Below are positions 19,096-29,351 of a stretch of DNA of 64,000 nt, piece by piece. The notes below the pieces were generated by a model, which was given only the letters and a program-made list of their open reading frames with translations, had not been told where the DNA came from and made no database searches. The translations under genes were made by a program, and so were the position numbers. The DNA lies in assembly GCA_965367815.1 (NCBI GenBank), contig CBDUKN010000013.1, positions 1 through 64,000 on the forward strand. The letters are read 5' to 3'. Origin of the DNA: an uncultured Thermoprotei archaeon. GTDB taxonomy: Archaea > Thermoproteota > Thermoprotei > Thermofilales > B15-G2. Positions within the stretch are counted from its first letter, which is position 1. Each line of letters starts with the position of its first letter.

Positions 19096-20232
19096 CTTAT
19101 AGACCTGTGTTGTTAAGGCTCCGTGAAGCACACGTCTTTTCTCTATAATTTCTGCGTTCAGCAAGTTACATGCTTTTTCAAATTCTTTAAAAGCTGCAGT
19201 AATAACTACTAGTGTGCAGTGGTCCACCAAGGACTTTAAGGATTTGAGAAACTCTTTATAGAGAATTGGTATATATTCCCTCCGAGTCAGTTTTACTCCA
19301 TAAGGTGGGTTGACTACAACATATTCAGGAGAGACATCGAGATATTTCTCAAGGTGACGAGCATCACCTTGAATAAACTTTATTGTGTTTCTTACTCCGG
19401 CGCTTTTAGCGTTTGCTATGGCTCCTCTTAAATGCTTAGGTGATATTTCAATAGCGTAGATAGAATATTTCCCTCTGTTAGAACTTTTTTCTATAATATC
19501 TAGTAACTTAGCGTATTTGCTGCGGTCGAATGACATTAGTTTTTCGAAGCTGAAAGAAGTTTTTCTAAAAATACCTGGTGCAATGTTTCGTGCAATAAGC
19601 GCAGCTTCTATTGGAATAGTGCCCCCGCCACACATAGGGTCCAAGAATACGTGATCTTTAGTCCATCCAGAGAGGTATACTAGTGCTGAAGCGATAGTTG
19701 TCTTTATTGCAGCAGGGTGATCGTATATTCTATAGTTTCGCTTGTGAAGCGAGTCTCCAGTTGTATTTACAGCTATAGTGAATTCATTGTCGACGAGATA
19801 GCAGAAGAACTCCACATCAGGATTCTTCAAATTGACTTTAAGGCGGACTCCTGTGTCTCTCCTAAAGCTATCTATTATTGCTTGACCTACTGTTGCAGCT
19901 ATATCAATACTAGTAAAATTATGTTTCCCTGATCTTTCTGCTCTAACAGCAAAGCTCTGATTTCTATCAATAACTTCCGTGAAATCAAGCGAACATGTAT
20001 ATCTGTATATTTCACTTAGTGTCCTGCATCTATCTTCGCCTAATATCCAAAGCAGTCTATGTACTGTTCTTGCAAGCAAGTTAACTATGTAAATAGCCTT
20101 TTCATCAGCGCTAAAAAATACTTTAGACTTTCCGATCCTAATGTTGCTTGCAGAAGGCAGTAACTTTAAGAGCTCCTTAGCTGTGATATCTTCAAGACCC
20201 CTATTAGTGGTTACACAGAAGTCCAAGTTCAT
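19084..20232 (-). CDS. trm14: THUMP-domain tRNA guanine-N2 methyltransferase (Trm14-like)
   Basis: THUMP domain, LHKRNYR, HPAAIK, DPMCGGGT, NPPYG. Confidence 0.85.
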   Translation of the reverse strand: MNLDFCVTTNRGLEDITAKELLKLLPSASNIRIGKSKVFFSADEKAIYIVNLLARTVHRLLWILGEDRCRTLSEIYRYTCSLDFTEVIDRNQSFAVRAERSGKHNFTSIDIAATVGQAIIDSFRRDTGVRLKVNLKNPDVEFFCYLVDNEFTIAVNTTGDSLHKRNYRIYDHPAAIKTTIASALVYLSGWTKDHVFLDPMCGGGTIPIEAALIARNIAPGIFRKTSFSFEKLMSFDRSKYAKLLDIIEKSSNRGKYSIYAIEISPKHLRGAIANAKSAGVRNTIKFIQGDARHLEKYLDVSPEYVVVNPPYGVKLTRREYIPILYKEFLKSLKSLVDHCTLVVITAAFKEFEKACNLLNAEIIEKRRVLHGALTTQVYKCII

Positions 20233-20516
20233 TCTATAGAGTTTTCCTCATATTCTAATAAATTCCAATCGTAGTCTTCACTTAAGACTACTAATAGATA
20301 AGCGCGTATTTCATCGGCGTCTTTCTTATTTACTTTAACTAGGATTCTGGGTCCAGAATAATAGCTATATTTTCTCTTAATGGAAAGTACTTTGACAAAC
20401 TTTAGTTTATCAGCTAAGTACTTTTTATAAAATTTTAATGGGAAATCGAATATAGTGACTCTTTTCTTGGAGTTTATAACTATCTCATCGTAACTAGCTG
20501 CAAACATGAGTACCAC
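20229..20516 (-). CDS. Hypothetical protein
   Basis: 95-aa ORF coupled to the trm14 start. Confidence 0.6.
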   Translation of the reverse strand: MVLMFAASYDEIVINSKKRVTIFDFPLKFYKKYLADKLKFVKVLSIKRKYSYYSGPRILVKVNKKDADEIRAYLLVVLSEDYDWNLLEYEENSIE

Positions 20517-20542
20517 TTGTTTTATTCTCTCAGAATGACACC

Positions 20543-20779
20543 CTACCTACTTAAATACTTTTTGAGCCTCGCAAGAAATCCCTCTTTCTTTTTTCTTTTA
20601 ACTTTAGATATTTGAGGAAGTACTCTATCGAAGAAATCTTCTCTAAGAACATCTCTTGGAACGAACTCCTCACAGTTTCTTTCGATTTCCGGCTGCAGTA
20701 TATAGATTTTCTTACATGTACACGTACCTGTTCCAGCAAATACCTCTTCGTAAAAAATACAGTCTTTACACCTAACCAT
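20543..20779 (-). CDS. Small Cys-rich metal-binding protein
   Basis: CKDCIF..C..C motif, basic amphipathic C-terminus; overlaps the upstream kinase stop. Confidence 0.65.
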   Translation of the reverse strand: MVRCKDCIFYEEVFAGTGTCTCKKIYILQPEIERNCEEFVPRDVLREDFFDRVLPQISKVKRKKKEGFLARLKKYLSR

Positions 20780-21743
20780 AGTATCTTTCTACAGCCTTAT
20801 TTGCTTCTTCCAGTATTTCTGCAGATAAAAACTCGGGGGCAGTGTTCTTAATAGCTATTATTAAAGCGCCGATAGCTGGAGGGTACTTTGGCTTAATTAA
20901 ATTGACTTCAATAGATTTTTCTGCAAGATATTTCTTGAGAGGAGATAGTATTAGTTCTCCTGCCCTAAATACTCCTCCTATTAGGGCTACGTCAATTTTT
21001 TCTCGAAAACCAAGTCTCTTATATACAGCTACTATGTGTAAAGCTATTTCTTTCGCGGCCTTTTCTAAAATCATTTTCGCTACTTTGTCTCCTTTAAGCG
21101 CTTCTTCGCTTACTATTTTGGCTAATGAAGCTACTTCAGTTACAGAAACGCCTTTTCTGTAGAAAATATCAATTATTTCTTCTACCTGTTTTAAATTGTA
21201 TTTCTCTATAATTCTGTCAAGAAGACTTGTTTTTTCTCCTCTTCCATCGTAAGCTTTAAGCGCATGTGCTAGTGCTTCTCTGCCAATCATATAGGCGCTG
21301 CCTTCGTCTCCTAGCAGAGGACCCCATCCTCCTACTCTAATGTAGTTTCCTTTATCGTCAAGACCTGCGGCAACAGAGCCTGTTCCAGCTATAACAATTA
21401 TTCCTTTGTTTCCTCCGGTAGCGCCGTATATAGCTATAACTGAATCATGTACAACGAAGTTTTTGTCAGCCAGCTTCACTTTTGTAATTGCTTCTTCAAC
21501 TACTGTAAAGTCACTGGGCGAGTCTAGGCCAGCTAGACCATAGCACGCAGAAGTCACAGGCATTTTTCCTCCTATTTGGCTTAGAGCCTGATCTAGTGCT
21601 TCGCGAAGGTTTGCGACAGCTTTTTCCAGACCTACATCATGGTAATTTGATGGACCACTTATGCCTACACCGATTTCCCTTTTCTCTGAAACAACGACAG
21701 CTAGAGTCTTAGTAGCGCCGCCGTCTACGCCAGCCCAAATCAT
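20772..21743 (-). CDS. BadF/BadG/BcrA/BcrD-family sugar kinase (GlcNAc kinase-like)
   Basis: GVDGGATKT, IAGTGS, GGWGPLLGDEGSA. Confidence 0.9.
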   Translation of the reverse strand: MIWAGVDGGATKTLAVVVSEKREIGVGISGPSNYHDVGLEKAVANLREALDQALSQIGGKMPVTSACYGLAGLDSPSDFTVVEEAITKVKLADKNFVVHDSVIAIYGATGGNKGIIVIAGTGSVAAGLDDKGNYIRVGGWGPLLGDEGSAYMIGREALAHALKAYDGRGEKTSLLDRIIEKYNLKQVEEIIDIFYRKGVSVTEVASLAKIVSEEALKGDKVAKMILEKAAKEIALHIVAVYKRLGFREKIDVALIGGVFRAGELILSPLKKYLAEKSIEVNLIKPKYPPAIGALIIAIKNTAPEFLSAEILEEANKAVERYYG

Positions 21744-21792
21744 TGATTACATATCTGCTTCTAAACTTTTATCATTTTCCGTGAATAAAACG

Positions 21793-21840
21793 TCAGAGAG
21801 CATCCGGTCGATCACTTTATCACTTAGCCTTTTTCATCAT
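21793..21840 (-). ncRNA. C/D box sRNA
   Basis: AUGAUGA-AAAAGGCUAA-GUGA-UAAA-GUGAUCG-ACCGGAUGCUCU-CUGA in an intergenic region. Confidence 0.8.
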
Positions 21841-21940
21841 CCAGTTTTCGTCATTGACTATTTCTCTACCTCGTAGCGTGAAATTTAAGCTTTTGTGAAA
21901 AACAATTTATACGCCTGTCGAGAAGTATTTCTAGATCTTC

Positions 21941-23368
21941 ATGCCCCATCACCCTCTATATGACAAGCTGAAAGAAATAGTGGGAGAACAGAATGTCAGC
22001 GATGAAGAACATGTTCTTATAGCGTATTCACGGGATGCGTCACCTCTTCCTCCACATAAACCAGACATAGTTGTAAGACCGAAAAGTGTAGACGAAGTAG
22101 TCAGTATAGTTCAGCTAGCTAACGAAACAAAGACTCCGGTAATGGCGACAGGCGGTAGAGTATCCATGTGTGGTGCCTGTCTACCTCTCAAAGGAGGTAT
22201 AATGATCGACATGACAAGAATGAATAAAGTGTTAGATATAGACGAAGACAGGTTAGTGGTTGAAGCAGAGGCGGGAATAACGTGGGCTAATTTACTTTAT
22301 GAAGTAGATAAAAGGGGATACAAACTAGGATACCGAGGTCCCTACAGCGGGCACGCTGCAACAATAGGAGGATCCATTTCATGTAATTCTACAGGTCTTG
22401 GAGGAGCTAAGTGGGGGCAGGCCCCGGACAGCGTAGTATCGCTTGAAGTAGTTTTGCCTACCGGAGAAGTGCTAGAGACAGGTACTGCAGTAAATCCTTA
22501 CGCTAAGCGATTCGCTAGATATTGTTTCGGCCCCGATCTTACAGGCTTGTTCCTAGGGGATCATGGTATACTTGGAGTAAAAACGAAGGTAGCGCTGAAA
22601 GTATACCCTAAGCCAGAAGCAGTGCTTTATGGGTGTTTTGGATATAAAGACTTAGAATCCTGTGCTAGAGCATTTTATCAAATTCAGAGAACAGGGCTCG
22701 CCGAAGACTTAGTTATTTTATGTAATAGAAAAAGCATAGAGTACATACTCCCAGACGCTGCCACAGCTTTTACTGGTATAGAAGCTCTCTTCGTATATGT
22801 GATTGAAGCCGAGACACAGAAGATAGGTGAAGCCATTAAAGAGTACCTTGACTCAATAGCGGTAAAACACGGAGGCATCGACTTAGGTACGATGTTTCCG
22901 GAAATGTTCTGGAACGCAAAATACGAGATGATAACTCCTCTATTTGAATGGGGCCCCGAATGGGCTGGGTCCTGCCACCTACTTGAAACTACGAGAATAG
23001 TTGAAGCGACTAAGAAGTCAGTTGAATTATTTAAGAAGTATAAGTTCGACAAGTTTGGAATAAAGTACATAATAACAGCAATGTGCGCTGGAAGAACAGT
23101 ATGTGTATTCACAGCTCACCCATACTTTAGTTCATTAGACAAGAAACAGCGAGAAGTAGTGCTAAAGTACTGGGAAGAAAGAAAGAGAGAGGTAATTAAG
23201 TACGGAGGATGCTTTTACTGGACAGGAGTAGGGCTTTACCCAATCGTAGTAGAGCTTTTAAGAAAAGAGTGGTGGAACGTGTTAGTTAAAATAAAGAAGG
23301 CGCTAGATCCCAACTGCATAATGAATCCTGGAGCATTTAAGATTCTAGGTGATGTGTATGAAGCTTAA
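21941..23368 (+). CDS. FAD-binding oxidoreductase (GlcD/D-lactate dehydrogenase-like)
   Basis: PDIVVRP, ATIGG, LEVVLPTG, GPDLTGLF, IKKALDPNCIMNPG. Confidence 0.9.
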   Translation: MPHHPLYDKLKEIVGEQNVSDEEHVLIAYSRDASPLPPHKPDIVVRPKSVDEVVSIVQLANETKTPVMATGGRVSMCGACLPLKGGIMIDMTRMNKVLDIDEDRLVVEAEAGITWANLLYEVDKRGYKLGYRGPYSGHAATIGGSISCNSTGLGGAKWGQAPDSVVSLEVVLPTGEVLETGTAVNPYAKRFARYCFGPDLTGLFLGDHGILGVKTKVALKVYPKPEAVLYGCFGYKDLESCARAFYQIQRTGLAEDLVILCNRKSIEYILPDAATAFTGIEALFVYVIEAETQKIGEAIKEYLDSIAVKHGGIDLGTMFPEMFWNAKYEMITPLFEWGPEWAGSCHLLETTRIVEATKKSVELFKKYKFDKFGIKYIITAMCAGRTVCVFTAHPYFSSLDKKQREVVLKYWEERKREVIKYGGCFYWTGVGLYPIVVELLRKEWWNVLVKIKKALDPNCIMNPGAFKILGDVYEA

Positions 23369-24923
23369 ATATATTAAAGAAGTTTTAGACGAGCTTTACA
23401 GCTGTGCTAGATGCCAAGAATGCAGAGAATCTGTCAAAATAGCTTCTACAGGTAAAAACATATACAAAGTATGTCCTATAAGAGAGCTCCTAGGTTTCGA
23501 CGCCTACACTGCACGCGGACGTATACTAAATATCCAAGCAGTTGTTGAAGGTAGACTAGAACCCGACAAATCTTTCGTAGAATATATTTACACATGCCTC
23601 GAGTGCGGACTCTGCCGCGAAGTCTGTATAGCAAAAATGGGTAAAGGAGTAGACTTTGTATCAATAATGGAAGCTTTCAGAAAAGACCTATACGAAAACG
23701 GCTTAATAATGGATACTCACCGTACAGTAATAAAATCACTAAAGGAGAACTACAACCCGTACAAGCAGCTACACGAAGATAGACTTGAATGGCTTGATGA
23801 AATCTCAGACCAAGTGAATGTTAAAGTAGGAGAGCACGCGAAATATGTTTACTTCGCAGGATGTACAGCTAATCATATTACGACAGAAATAGCTCAAGCA
23901 ACGGTTCAAATACTATCTAAACTCGGAATAGACTTCACTCTCTTAGAAGATGAGTGGTGCTGCGGCTTCGCGGCAATGATCATAGGAGGAGAAAAAGATG
24001 TAAAAGATTTTATAGAACATAACATTGAGCAAATAAAGAAGACTGGAGCTAAATACGTTATAACATCCTGTGCGGGATGCTACAGAGTTTTCCGTGAACA
24101 CTACATAGAGAAATACAAAGCCGACATAAAAGTAGTCCATACAGTAGAACTCCTAGACACTGCTATAAAAGAAAAGAGAATTTCATTTAAGTCTCCCGGA
24201 AGAAGAATTAGAGTAAGTTACCACGACCCCTGTCACTTAGGCAGACACAGCGGAGTCTACGAGGCTCCACGAAACGTCATTAAGGCTATACCTGATGTAG
24301 AGTTCGTAGAACCCCTCAGAACAAGAGAATACACTATATGCTGTGGAGGATCTATCATCTCTTCGCATGCCGACCTTTCATTAGACGTAGCAAAATACAG
24401 ACTTAAAGACTTTGATGAAATAAAGCCAGAAATTCTGTTATCCTGCTGTCCATTCTGCTACAGAAACCTTAAATACGGAATACAGCTTGAGAGAAAACCC
24501 TATGAGGCCATGGATCTAGTAGTATTTATTAAAGACTTAATTAAAGTAGAAAAAGTAGCCGAAGAAAAAGAAGACATAAGCAAGAAACTAGCATCATATC
24601 TTGCAGTACACCCAGAAATATTCAGCGAATTAAAGAAGGGATCTATACTAAACTACTACATTGCCGGAAAAATATTCCACGTAGAGAAGTTAAAAGATAC
24701 TATTAAAGTAGAGTTCGGCGAACACCACAAGGCTGACGTGGACTTATTTATGACAGAGAAAGCAGTTGAAGCACTTACATCAGCTAAAAACAAAGAAGAA
24801 TACATGAAGACATTTAAGGAAATGTATAAGCAGGGAGACATCAAGTACAAAGCTAGAGCAAATCTCTTCACACTAGCCCGCAAAGGATACGTCTCTTGGG
24901 CCAAAAAGGCAGGGCTCATCTAA
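23358..24923 (+). CDS. Fe-S oxidoreductase (GlcF/GlpC/HdrD-like) with C-terminal SCP2-like domain
   Basis: Two 4Fe-4S motifs, two CCG domains (WCCG, YHDPCHLGR, ICCGG), ~110-aa extra C-terminal domain. Confidence 0.85.
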   Translation: MKLKYIKEVLDELYSCARCQECRESVKIASTGKNIYKVCPIRELLGFDAYTARGRILNIQAVVEGRLEPDKSFVEYIYTCLECGLCREVCIAKMGKGVDFVSIMEAFRKDLYENGLIMDTHRTVIKSLKENYNPYKQLHEDRLEWLDEISDQVNVKVGEHAKYVYFAGCTANHITTEIAQATVQILSKLGIDFTLLEDEWCCGFAAMIIGGEKDVKDFIEHNIEQIKKTGAKYVITSCAGCYRVFREHYIEKYKADIKVVHTVELLDTAIKEKRISFKSPGRRIRVSYHDPCHLGRHSGVYEAPRNVIKAIPDVEFVEPLRTREYTICCGGSIISSHADLSLDVAKYRLKDFDEIKPEILLSCCPFCYRNLKYGIQLERKPYEAMDLVVFIKDLIKVEKVAEEKEDISKKLASYLAVHPEIFSELKKGSILNYYIAGKIFHVEKLKDTIKVEFGEHHKADVDLFMTEKAVEALTSAKNKEEYMKTFKEMYKQGDIKYKARANLFTLARKGYVSWAKKAGLI

Positions 24924-25062
24924 GCCTAGATATTTTATAAGTTTCTTTAACTGCTTCTTATACAATAAACGATACGTAGTCGAAGTACCTGAGAAAATAG
25001 TTATAGAGAATCTTGATTTCAGCTAGTAAGTCTTATAACTCTCCAATTGTTAGTAGTGCTGT

Positions 25063-27042
25063 ATGGAAAATAAAGTTGCATTTTTAAATGTCAGTAAACG
25101 CGAAATCAGAATAGAGAAAGTAGATAGAGAAGACATCCTAGGGCCCGTTGACTGGGGAATATACTGCCACCTTGAGCTTTACGAGAGCCACAAATACGAT
25201 ATCTACGATGAACATAATGTTCTGTGCCTCGGAATGGGCAAATTAGCTGGGGGAGTTCTACCAGGATCTCATAGGCTCATCGGATGCTTTAGATCACCAT
25301 TAACAGGAGGATTCTATGTATCAACAATGGGAGGAGCGGCATATGCATTCAAATACCTTGGAGTAGACTACATTACAATAGAGGGTAAAAGCGACAAGCC
25401 CCTAATAGTAGCGCTAAAGGGTACAGAAAAAGGAATAGAAGTTAAATGGGAGACTATAAGCAAAGAAGAATTAATGAAAATATTCAAAGAATATAAAGAT
25501 AAAAAAGGAGTTTACGCACTTCATGAATATGTCTTAGAGAAAATAAAAGACTTTTACATTAAAGATGGAAAATACTTAACTTTCAGAATAGCTGTAATAG
25601 GGCCTGCAGCCCTAAATACGAATAACGGCGGACTTTTCTCAGCTGTAATACGTAACGGTGAAGTAGACGAGGGAGCAGAAGATTGGATGGCAAGAGGTGG
25701 AGGAGGATCTGTTCTCTACAGAGCCCACAATGTTGTAGCTATTGCCTTTGGAGGAGACTACGACTGGAGGAAAGTAGAGCTAGTTAAGGACATAAAGAAG
25801 CTAGACGAACTGTTCTCTCAAGCACTAGGTAAAAAGTACAGCGAAGCAGTTACTTCGGCTACAGTAAAGTACCGCTATAATGAGAAGATAAAGTCAGGGG
25901 GTACTTTCGGCGGAAACTACTCTACACTAAAAGACAGAACATTAATGTTCAACTGGAGGCAGATGTACCTCGATATAGAAACCAGAATGAAAATGTACAA
26001 CGAATATATCGTTAACCACTATCTCAAACAGTTCAACGAGAGAATAATCGAAAAGAAGAGTTTCAAGACATGCGGCGAGCCATGTGTAGCAGTATGTAAG
26101 AAAGTTGAAGGACCCTATAAAGTCGACTACGAGCCTTACAGCGCAAATGGACCTCTGTGCGGAATATTTGATCTCGACGCAGCACACACTGCTGTTCACG
26201 CGGTAGATGCAATGGGATTTGACGCCATAGAGTTCGGCAACACTGTTGCATGGGTACTAGAGGCTCTACACCTAGGACTACTTCAGCCCGAAGAACTAGG
26301 CGTCAGCGGGAAACCATACTTCGATATAGAGAACTTCAAACTAGAATACTCTAAACACAACGCTGAGCTAGTAGCACAGCTAGCTGAAAAAATAGCTTTC
26401 GCTGAAACAGAAGTAGCCAAGATAATAGGTGAAGGAAGCAGACCTGCTACACACAAGCTCACTGAAAAATACAAAGATAGAGTAGAGAAGCTAGGAAAGA
26501 AGTTTGAAGACTTAGCAGTCTATGTACCTTTCGGCGAGAAAGGAGCAATTACACCTTGCCAGTACTGGGACCCAGCCTTCTTAGTACCACTACCATTCCA
26601 AGGAACATTCATGACAAAATACCACGCACCATTTATGGAGCCAGAAGAGTTCGCCAAAGTCTGCGCAGACAGGTTATTCAAAGAACTTTACTCTGAGAAC
26701 TATGGCTTCTGCAGATTCCACAGAGGATGGTGGGAGAAGATAGCTGACAAGCTATTCAACACAGCACTAGGCACAAACGTAAATCTATACGAGCACAGCA
26801 AAGAGCTAGTAAAGAAAGTAATAGAATATGATGTCAAGGCAGGGTGCAAACCAGTTTTCTGGGAAGGAGAAAGAACAATAGACATATTTGTAACATACGT
26901 CGAAGATGAAGCGAAGAAAGGCAACGAGACAGCTAAAAAGTGGTTAGAGAAAGTACAGAAAAACAAAGTCGAGGCAGCAAAAGAATACTGGAGCAAATTC
27001 CTCGAAGAATTCGAAAAAATAGTAGGTACTTCTTGGAGATAA
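25063..27042 (+). CDS. gor: Glyceraldehyde-3-phosphate:ferredoxin oxidoreductase (GAPOR)
   Basis: AOR-family fold with GAPOR-typical GSHRL, STMGGA, KTCGEPCVAVCKK, DYEPY, CRFHRGW. Confidence 0.88.
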   Translation: MENKVAFLNVSKREIRIEKVDREDILGPVDWGIYCHLELYESHKYDIYDEHNVLCLGMGKLAGGVLPGSHRLIGCFRSPLTGGFYVSTMGGAAYAFKYLGVDYITIEGKSDKPLIVALKGTEKGIEVKWETISKEELMKIFKEYKDKKGVYALHEYVLEKIKDFYIKDGKYLTFRIAVIGPAALNTNNGGLFSAVIRNGEVDEGAEDWMARGGGGSVLYRAHNVVAIAFGGDYDWRKVELVKDIKKLDELFSQALGKKYSEAVTSATVKYRYNEKIKSGGTFGGNYSTLKDRTLMFNWRQMYLDIETRMKMYNEYIVNHYLKQFNERIIEKKSFKTCGEPCVAVCKKVEGPYKVDYEPYSANGPLCGIFDLDAAHTAVHAVDAMGFDAIEFGNTVAWVLEALHLGLLQPEELGVSGKPYFDIENFKLEYSKHNAELVAQLAEKIAFAETEVAKIIGEGSRPATHKLTEKYKDRVEKLGKKFEDLAVYVPFGEKGAITPCQYWDPAFLVPLPFQGTFMTKYHAPFMEPEEFAKVCADRLFKELYSENYGFCRFHRGWWEKIADKLFNTALGTNVNLYEHSKELVKKVIEYDVKAGCKPVFWEGERTIDIFVTYVEDEAKKGNETAKKWLEKVQKNKVEAAKEYWSKFLEEFEKIVGTSWR

Positions 27043-28914
27043 CTACCTTAACGTTAAGCCTATTTTTTCTAACTCACTAATAACGTAGTCTAAGCCTAGT
27101 TTCTTTAAAGTCTCTTTCTTAGGCACACCGTTTTCATCCCAGCCTCTTGCTTCATAGTAGTAGGAGAGTAGCTGGTCATATTTCTCTTTGTCAAGCTTTC
27201 GTCCAGCTAAAGGACCCTTAGTTAGTGGTTCTTTAAACCACTTCTCGGGAGGATAGTCGTATTTTCTGCTCCACTCGCCATATTCTCTTATCCAGAAAGC
27301 TCTTATCAAGTTGTATATTCTGTCAGCTACTCTATAATGATCTTCAAGAGTAAAGTTAAGTCCCGTAATAGCGTTGAATGCTTTGACGTAATAGTCTAAG
27401 CCTAAGCCTAGTTCTATCCATGGCAGACGGCAGACAGTAAAAGTCTCGAATATACCGCCTCTTATTCGTTGCATTTCGATAAGTCTCTCTACTTTCTCTC
27501 TCGATATTACGTCTCTACCCATTTTGAGCTCCCAGGCTATGAACCAAGCATCTTTATGGTGAGCGCCGATAGGCGAAGTACCGTAGGCTAAAGCCATACC
27601 GGGCGCTGCGTGGCAGTCATAGGCAGATATTTCGAGTCCTTTAACGTGCATTGCTATTTCAATAGCCTTGCCGCCTATTTTCTCGGCAGCGGCTCTCACT
27701 CCTTCTGCAAGCAGGTCGCCAAATCCTTTTTTATAGGCTATCATTTCCATAAGCTTAATTGCTGCGTCGACATTTCCGTACTCAAGCTTAAGGCCTCCTG
27801 TGTCTTTGGCTGAAATAATTCCTTTAGAATAAAGCTCCATGGCGAAACCTATAGCCGACCCAGCCGAAATAGCCTCTAAGCCTAACTGGTCAGCCATAAA
27901 GTTCATCTTAATGACAGCGTCCATAGAGTCTATTCCTAGATTCGAGCTAAACATAGCTACGTTCTCGTAGTCTAGCTCGCCCCATACTCCTGCATATCTG
28001 CCTTTTCTTGCAATACAGACGTTGCCGCAGGGCATGGGGCAGAAGAGGCAGCCTTTTCTGAGCACTTTATATTCCTTATCCATAATTTCTCCGCCGACTT
28101 TGCTGTATCCTTCGAAAAATCCTTCACTAAAGTTGTATGTAGGTAGAACAGATGCTTCTTGGCTCCACTCAATAGTCATCATAGTTCCTTGACGAATCCA
28201 CTTTCCGTATGCCGGAGACTTCTTTAGAAAATCTACTGCCTCTTTGTACAGCTTTACTACTGTATCTAGATCTGCTACAGGAATGTCTTTCCAGCCCTCA
28301 CATACAATTGCTTTTAATTTCTTCGAGCCAAAAACAGCGCCCATGCCAGGTCTTCCGCCCGCTCTACCGAACTCTGACATTACTGTAGATATTTTAACTA
28401 AGTTCTCTCCGGCAGGACCTATAACTAGTGTTCCTACATCAAAACCGTATTCTTTTCGAAGTTCAACATCTGCGTCAATAGCACCTTTATTCCACAAGTA
28501 ATCTGCTTTCTTTATTTCAACAGAGTCTGGTGTTATGTGCAGATATACGGGAGTCTTAGATGCTCCTTCAATTACTATAGCGTCGTAACCGGCCATTTTG
28601 AGCTTAGCTGAGATAAGAGAGCCTATGTTTCCGTCGCCGTAGCCGCCAGTTAAGGGAGACTTCGATGCTATGACAATTTTGCCGCTACTAGGTACAAGAG
28701 TTCCTGTAACAGGACCTGTAGCTACTATCAGCTTGTTTTCTGGAGAAAGAGGATCTATTCCTCTTGGAAGCTCGTCCCAAAGAATCTTTATAGCAAATCC
28801 TCTTCCTCCTATAAAGTTTAGAGCCAAGTCTTTAGATAAGTTCTGTGTCTTTATCTTACCTTCGGTAAGATTTACCCTAAGTATTTTACCGACCCAACCT
28901 CCCTTAAACTCCAT
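27043..28914 (-). CDS. Tungsten aldehyde:ferredoxin oxidoreductase family protein
   Basis: IGGRG, KSPLTG, GPAGENLV, GSKKLKAI, CLFCPMPC, DYEN. Confidence 0.93.
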   Translation of the reverse strand: MEFKGGWVGKILRVNLTEGKIKTQNLSKDLALNFIGGRGFAIKILWDELPRGIDPLSPENKLIVATGPVTGTLVPSSGKIVIASKSPLTGGYGDGNIGSLISAKLKMAGYDAIVIEGASKTPVYLHITPDSVEIKKADYLWNKGAIDADVELRKEYGFDVGTLVIGPAGENLVKISTVMSEFGRAGGRPGMGAVFGSKKLKAIVCEGWKDIPVADLDTVVKLYKEAVDFLKKSPAYGKWIRQGTMMTIEWSQEASVLPTYNFSEGFFEGYSKVGGEIMDKEYKVLRKGCLFCPMPCGNVCIARKGRYAGVWGELDYENVAMFSSNLGIDSMDAVIKMNFMADQLGLEAISAGSAIGFAMELYSKGIISAKDTGGLKLEYGNVDAAIKLMEMIAYKKGFGDLLAEGVRAAAEKIGGKAIEIAMHVKGLEISAYDCHAAPGMALAYGTSPIGAHHKDAWFIAWELKMGRDVISREKVERLIEMQRIRGGIFETFTVCRLPWIELGLGLDYYVKAFNAITGLNFTLEDHYRVADRIYNLIRAFWIREYGEWSRKYDYPPEKWFKEPLTKGPLAGRKLDKEKYDQLLSYYYEARGWDENGVPKKETLKKLGLDYVISELEKIGLTLR

Positions 28915-29318
28915 TATTTCACCTCAAGAGCTCCCATAGGACACCATTTAACGCATACAGGGTCTCCGCCACACATATCGCAGACAAGAGGAATCTTGAG
29001 CTCAGGATGCGTAAAAATTAATCCGTAAGGACATGCTTTTGCGCAAAGGAAGCATCCTGTGCACTTTTCTTCGTTAAAGACTATGTATCCTTTCTCACTT
29101 TTACTCAAGGCGCCTGTAGGGCAAACTTTAGTGCAGGGAGCATTATCACACTGAAGACATACTCTAGCTTCGTGAACTACTCCTTTTGACGAAAACTTTG
29201 TAGATATCTTAATGCGGCTCTTAGATATGTTAATTACATTGAAGTGGCTGTAAGAGCATGCTTCTTCGCATATATGACATCCTGAGCATTTATCTGGGTT
29301 AAAAACTATTTTCGACAT
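28914..29318 (-). CDS. 4Fe-4S dicluster electron-transfer subunit for AOR
   Basis: Multiple CxxCxxCxxxC motifs; coupled to the AOR start. Confidence 0.9.
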   Translation of the reverse strand: MSKIVFNPDKCSGCHICEEACSYSHFNVINISKSRIKISTKFSSKGVVHEARVCLQCDNAPCTKVCPTGALSKSEKGYIVFNEEKCTGCFLCAKACPYGLIFTHPELKIPLVCDMCGGDPVCVKWCPMGALEVK

Positions 29319-29351
29319 CTACTTGATATTTTTTACCGAAAAATATAAGCA

